From: Promethearchaeota archaeon
GTDB taxonomy: Archaea > Asgardarchaeota > Lokiarchaeia > Sigyniarchaeales > SOKP01
Assembly (NCBI GenBank): GCA_048938445.1
Contig: JBHLME010000139.1
Span: forward strand, 1 to 11,459
Reading direction: 5' to 3'
DNA length: 11,459 nucleotides
The notes under the pieces were generated by a model. That model did not search any database and was not told the DNA's origin. It was given only the letters and a program-made list of their open reading frames with translations. Shown piece after piece: positions 7,867 to 11,459 of this stretch. The position numbers and the translations under genes were made by a program. Every line of letters begins with the position of its first letter. Positions within the stretch are counted from its first letter, which is position 1.

Positions 7867-8214
7867 TCATAACTCATAATTTTGATTACTAAAATTATAT
7901 AATCCAAAAATATCTAAACTATCTCTAGCACACGCTTCTATCCCCCCTCCTGGCTGCTCATACGCTGGCGCTACAGGTCTTAAATCTATTTTATCTAATT
8001 CAGGCATATTTTGAACGGGAATAGGTCCAATTCTAAATTTAGGAGTAAGAGGTAAAGCTAATAAATTTTTTGCCTTCTCTGAGGTTTCATATCGATGTGT
8101 AGTAAACCACGTACATCGAACTTTTTTGTTTAAGGTCTTTATTTGTCTATTCTCAATAATATTTCTTTTTTCTTCATCATCTGATATATAACGATAAAAA
8201 TTAATCCGAGCCAT
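7867..8214 (-). CDS. Small ADP-ribosyltransferase/NAD-glycohydrolase-fold toxin-like protein (Ntox10/TNT-like)
   Basis: FYRYIS..E (beta1 Arg), WFTT..Y (aromatic-T-T strand), AKNLLALP..PKFRI, and VAPAYEQPGGGIE, which resembles the TNT-family AP-x-F-x-QPGGG-x-Q motif but ends in Glu. Confidence 0.65.
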   Translation of the reverse strand: MARINFYRYISDDEEKRNIIENRQIKTLNKKVRCTWFTTHRYETSEKAKNLLALPLTPKFRIGPIPVQNMPELDKIDLRPVAPAYEQPGGGIEACARDSLDIFGLYNFSNQNYEL

Positions 8215-8411
8215 ATTTAATTTTTAAAATTTTTTAGATATATAAATAGAAGTGATATTTAGAAAAAATGAAATCATAGAGAAATAAATTTATTTTTATG
8301 ATGCACTAACAACAATTTATTAATTTGACACTAAATAATTAAATATTTATGAATAGTCTTTAAAGTCATATAATTTTTGAGTAATATTTTAAACAAAGAA
8401 TATTAAAATTA

Positions 8412-10133
8412 TCAACCTATTATTTGTCGAGCATTTTGTCTCCAATTATTCAGACTTGTTACTCCGACACCTTTTACTTGGCCTGCTACGAGTTTAACAT
8501 TGCAGTTTAACAAATCTTTTACAGTGAAAATATTTGCAGAATTTAATAATTTTACTTTAGCTTTTCCTATACCTGGAATGTCGGTCAGGGTATATTTTGA
8601 ATCTTTTATCAAAGTTAATTGAGGTTGCTCCTTTTTCATTAAATCAGGAGTAGAATCAATTTGAATTTCTTCGCTTGCATCAGAACCACATTCTGCACCC
8701 TTTAATCCTTGTTCTTTTAACATCTCAATATTTGATGAAGTATATTCAAATAATTTGATATTATTAGCATCTAAGACATCTTGAGCACCTGAAGTGATTG
8801 AGTTTGGTGGGCATATAAAGAATGCAAAGTCTCCTTTATCTGGTTTATATTCAATATTTTTCATTCGTAAGAGCCAATTCGCAAATTTTTCAATTTTGCC
8901 CTTCATTCCTGATCGATGCATCATTGAAACTTCTCCAAAAGCTCTTTCTCTATGTGTTGTTCGCTTAGTTTCGGCACTTGCTACTATATCTACATCATAT
9001 CCGCCAACTTTTTTTATTTCAGGTTCTACGTGATTGAATCCCCTCTTTAAAAGTTCAGTCTTAATGAAGTTTCGTGCATCTTCTTCGTAGATCTGTCTAA
9101 TATCGTAATCTGTATAACCAATATATCCCATACTATCAATTACATTTGCTATACACTTAAGGAGGTCTCTAGGTAAGTAATACAAAATAGAGCTTTTAAC
9201 TCGAGATATGAACGTATTGCGATCTTTGTAATCAAAGCCAATTTTATCAACAACTTGATTAATAATTGCGTCTTTTTCCCCTGCAGTCAAATTACCTAAT
9301 ATAATTTCTTTCCTATCAACAATAGTTCCGAAATTTTTACTACGACTTTTAAGCTCTGTCCACTCCATTTTGTTTGGGTTTTCTAAACACGAGACTAATA
9401 TGTAAAGTTTTTGTCTTGCAAATTGCTCCATTAAATAACGGATGAATTTTTCTAAAAATAATTTAAGTAGAACATTTGATCTATCAATTTCATTTAAAAA
9501 TTGTATTTCATCAAACGCTATTACCACCAAATAATCTAAATCTATAAGAAGCTTTATTAATCCATAGAATAAGTTACTTATCATATTGCTTTCGAGTTCA
9601 TCACCATAAAAGAATTCATATGCCGTATCTTGGTCATTTGGATCTAAAGATGAGAGCTTTATGAGATTATCAATTATTTTTTTGTTTTTAAAGATCTTAA
9701 ATAACTTATTTTTTCTTTTCGCAGCTGGAAGTTTTTCCATCACATCACGGATTGGATAGGATTCATTATTTACATCAAAAAGCTGTTCGATAATTTTCCC
9801 TATAAATATAAACCAAAATTCTTCAACATTTTCCGAGATAGCTTTAAAATCAAAAAAAAAGAATAAATTTGAACCCGGAGCGAGTTCTTCCATATAGTCT
9901 TTCACTTGAAATTTAATTAGAGTAGTTTTTCCTGCACCATTCGCTCCAATAATTGGTCGAATTTGTGTAACCTTTTGATTATACACATTAAGAATGTCTT
10001 GACGGAATATTTCTGAGATATCTTTATTTAAGAAATTAGAACTTGCCTTTATTCCCTCATCACTCGTAGATTTTAGGGGATGCATTACTTTACGTTCAAG
10101 ATAAATCCATTTTTGGGGAAATCCTTGCTCCAA
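8412..10133 (-). CDS. P-loop (AAA+/archaeal-ATPase-like) NTPase fused to PD-(D/E)XK/Mrr-like nuclease-fold domain and C-terminal helix-hairpin-helix domain
   Basis: Walker A GANGAGKT (9947-9924). Walker B VVIAFDEIQ (9528-9501). REase-like YEEDARNF..KRGF..GGYDVDIVA..AFGEVS..AFFICP..ITSGA..NNIKLF (~9089-8745). HhH LTDIPGIGKAKVKLLNSANIFTVKDL..VKGVG (~8590-8415). The true start may be upstream, at ATT10169. Confidence 0.85.
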   Translation of the reverse strand: MEQGFPQKWIYLERKVMHPLKSTSDEGIKASSNFLNKDISEIFRQDILNVYNQKVTQIRPIIGANGAGKTTLIKFQVKDYMEELAPGSNLFFFFDFKAISENVEEFWFIFIGKIIEQLFDVNNESYPIRDVMEKLPAAKRKNKLFKIFKNKKIIDNLIKLSSLDPNDQDTAYEFFYGDELESNMISNLFYGLIKLLIDLDYLVVIAFDEIQFLNEIDRSNVLLKLFLEKFIRYLMEQFARQKLYILVSCLENPNKMEWTELKSRSKNFGTIVDRKEIILGNLTAGEKDAIINQVVDKIGFDYKDRNTFISRVKSSILYYLPRDLLKCIANVIDSMGYIGYTDYDIRQIYEEDARNFIKTELLKRGFNHVEPEIKKVGGYDVDIVASAETKRTTHRERAFGEVSMMHRSGMKGKIEKFANWLLRMKNIEYKPDKGDFAFFICPPNSITSGAQDVLDANNIKLFEYTSSNIEMLKEQGLKGAECGSDASEEIQIDSTPDLMKKEQPQLTLIKDSKYTLTDIPGIGKAKVKLLNSANIFTVKDLLNCNVKLVAGQVKGVGVTSLNNWRQNARQIIG

Positions 10134-10461
10134 CCTTTGGATCTGTACTTTAAGCTTGCTTCGACTAATGTTAATAGCCCCTGGAAGTTATTTTATTTGA
10201 TAATTTTTTTATAGATAATAACCTCAGATTCATTCTCTAAAATTTAAAGGTATAATTATATTAACTGAGATCTTGTTTTTAAAATTTGAGTTAAATATTT
10301 TCAAATAATGTCATTCTATTTTCATATTTTAACCAATCATTATAAATTTTAATCTGAGAGAAAAAATTAGTGGTTTTTATAAATTTGATTTCTAACAAGC
10401 TATTAAGCTAGAAATTCAATTGAATTTATAAGAGAAAATGATAAATTTTATAAGATTTTAA

Positions 10462-10758
10462 ATGAAATTTAAGACAGAATATAAAAAATTAATATATTTA
10501 GATATTGGTGGGAATTGGGGATATGTTTTAATGCATATTCGTGATGATAAAGGAGTTAAAAAACTTAGATTATCCAAATGTAGAAAATATCCCGGTTTTC
10601 CTAAAACTGAAAAATATCTTTGGCAAGAAATAGACCCAGTCCATATAGAACATCTCAGCCAAGTAGGTAAAATTAATTTTAAAAAAGAACAAGAAATTGA
10701 AACTATATTTCAAAAACTTAAAGAAGAGCTCAAACTATTATATGATGAAAAGGAATAA
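10462..10758 (+). CDS. Small hypothetical protein, possibly PC4/YdbC-like ssDNA-binding fold
   Basis: 98-aa ATG ORF divergent from the ATPase. Apparent beta-strands, then KINFKKEQEIETIFQKL leading into a C-terminal helix. The fold call is weak. Confidence 0.65.
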   Translation: MKFKTEYKKLIYLDIGGNWGYVLMHIRDDKGVKKLRLSKCRKYPGFPKTEKYLWQEIDPVHIEHLSQVGKINFKKEQEIETIFQKLKEELKLLYDEKE

Positions 10759-11207
10759 TTCTAGTAATTATTTGACTTTATAATTACACCAATATGAAAT
10801 TACAGTCAGTTGAAGTTTTCCTTAATCAAACAGCAATATTTTAATATCTTGTATTAATAATAAAATCCTCCTTAAATGAGATCTAATTTTTTGTAGGTAC
10901 AAAACGATTCAATCTAAATTTTAATTTCAATAAAAATAATTTATTTATCATGAATATGTCAATCTTATTTTCAGTTGTATAATGCGACAATTGCTAAATC
11001 AAATACGCTTCTCTTAGATTTTAAGTTAGTAATAAAATTTATAATATGGAGATATTAGGTCTACGGTTCTGGGAAGTGAAAAATTACAAATGTTTTATAT
11101 AATTATTCAAATAAAGAAGTACGTAAAATGTTAGCTACTATTCACATGGTGATGAAAAATTCCTCAAGGAATTTAAAAAGGTATTTTTAAAATACTAGTA
11201 GAGAATT

Positions 11208-11236
11208 TATACAGTAAATATACAGGAAAACTGTAT
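11208..11236. promoter_or_regulatory. Candidate operator: tandem TATACAGKAAA x2 plus inverted half-site
   Basis: TATACAGTAAA (11208-11218) and TATACAGGAAA (11219-11229), plus ATACAG-N5-CTGTAT (11220-11236), about 50 nt upstream of an RHH gene. Confidence 0.4.
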
Positions 11237-11284
11237 TTTTCAGCACCTAAATTAAAATTACACTAAATAGGTGAAATATGAATA

Positions 11285-11459
11285 ATGACTAATAGTAAAA
11301 ATTCCGTTAAGAGACCAATTCAAGTGTATTTTTCGGAAGAAGAAAAAGAAGCAATAAAGAAACATGTTGAGAACATAGTTCCCAAAACGAACTATTCTCA
11401 ATTCATAAGGGAAGCGATTTGCGAAAAGATGAGAAAAGCTGAACATCCTGAAATATTTA
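11285..11459 (+). CDS. Ribbon-helix-helix (CopG/MetJ/Arc-like) protein, 3' truncated by window; not in ORF track
   Basis: Own translation: MTNSKNSVKRPIQVYFSEEEKEAIKKHVENIVPKTNYSQFIREAICEKMRKAEHPEIF..., i.e. strand IQVYF, helix, then the SQFIREAI helix. AGGTGA at 11269-11274. Confidence 0.85.
   Translation, partial: MTNSKNSVKRPIQVYFSEEEKEAIKKHVENIVPKTNYSQFIREAICEKMRKAEHPEIF

Noticed and set aside
10759-11156. Long AT-rich intergenic stretch as ncRNA, origin or gene remnant
   Set aside because: In the frames I read there are only very short ORFs, and I saw no GC-rich stems, tRNA-like features or repeated ORB-like boxes.
11258-11446. 62-aa minus-strand ORF in the track
   Set aside because: It is the shadow of the plus-strand RHH gene starting at 11285.

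Overview
AT-rich accessory region, most likely from an Asgard archaeon (Lokiarchaeia-like). That assignment is inferred from the mix of Rab-like, PCI, 23-aa LRR, RHH and histidine-kinase proteins. Plus strand, in order: 3' part of a sensor histidine kinase; an RHH-pseudoRab-PCI-pseudoRab fusion; a GC-richer hypothetical gene with a C-terminal SAP/HeH-like motif; four DtxR-type TTAGG-N4-CCTAA boxes before an ICMT/Ste14-family methyltransferase; a GIY-YIG nuclease; a ~16-repeat LRR protein followed, in frame across a single TGA, by a ~88%-identical copy of the 3' two-thirds of the hypothetical gene. Minus strand: a P-loop ATPase + PD-(D/E)XK-like + HhH protein, then a stand-alone ART/NADase-fold (Ntox10/TNT-like) toxin coupled to an unknown 168-aa partner. 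The window ends with a small divergent hypothetical gene and an RHH gene missed by the ORF track. The best candidates for undescribed biology are the double pseudo-GTPase regulator and the toxin/partner/ATPase-nuclease module. All family calls are motif recognition by eye; no searches were run.
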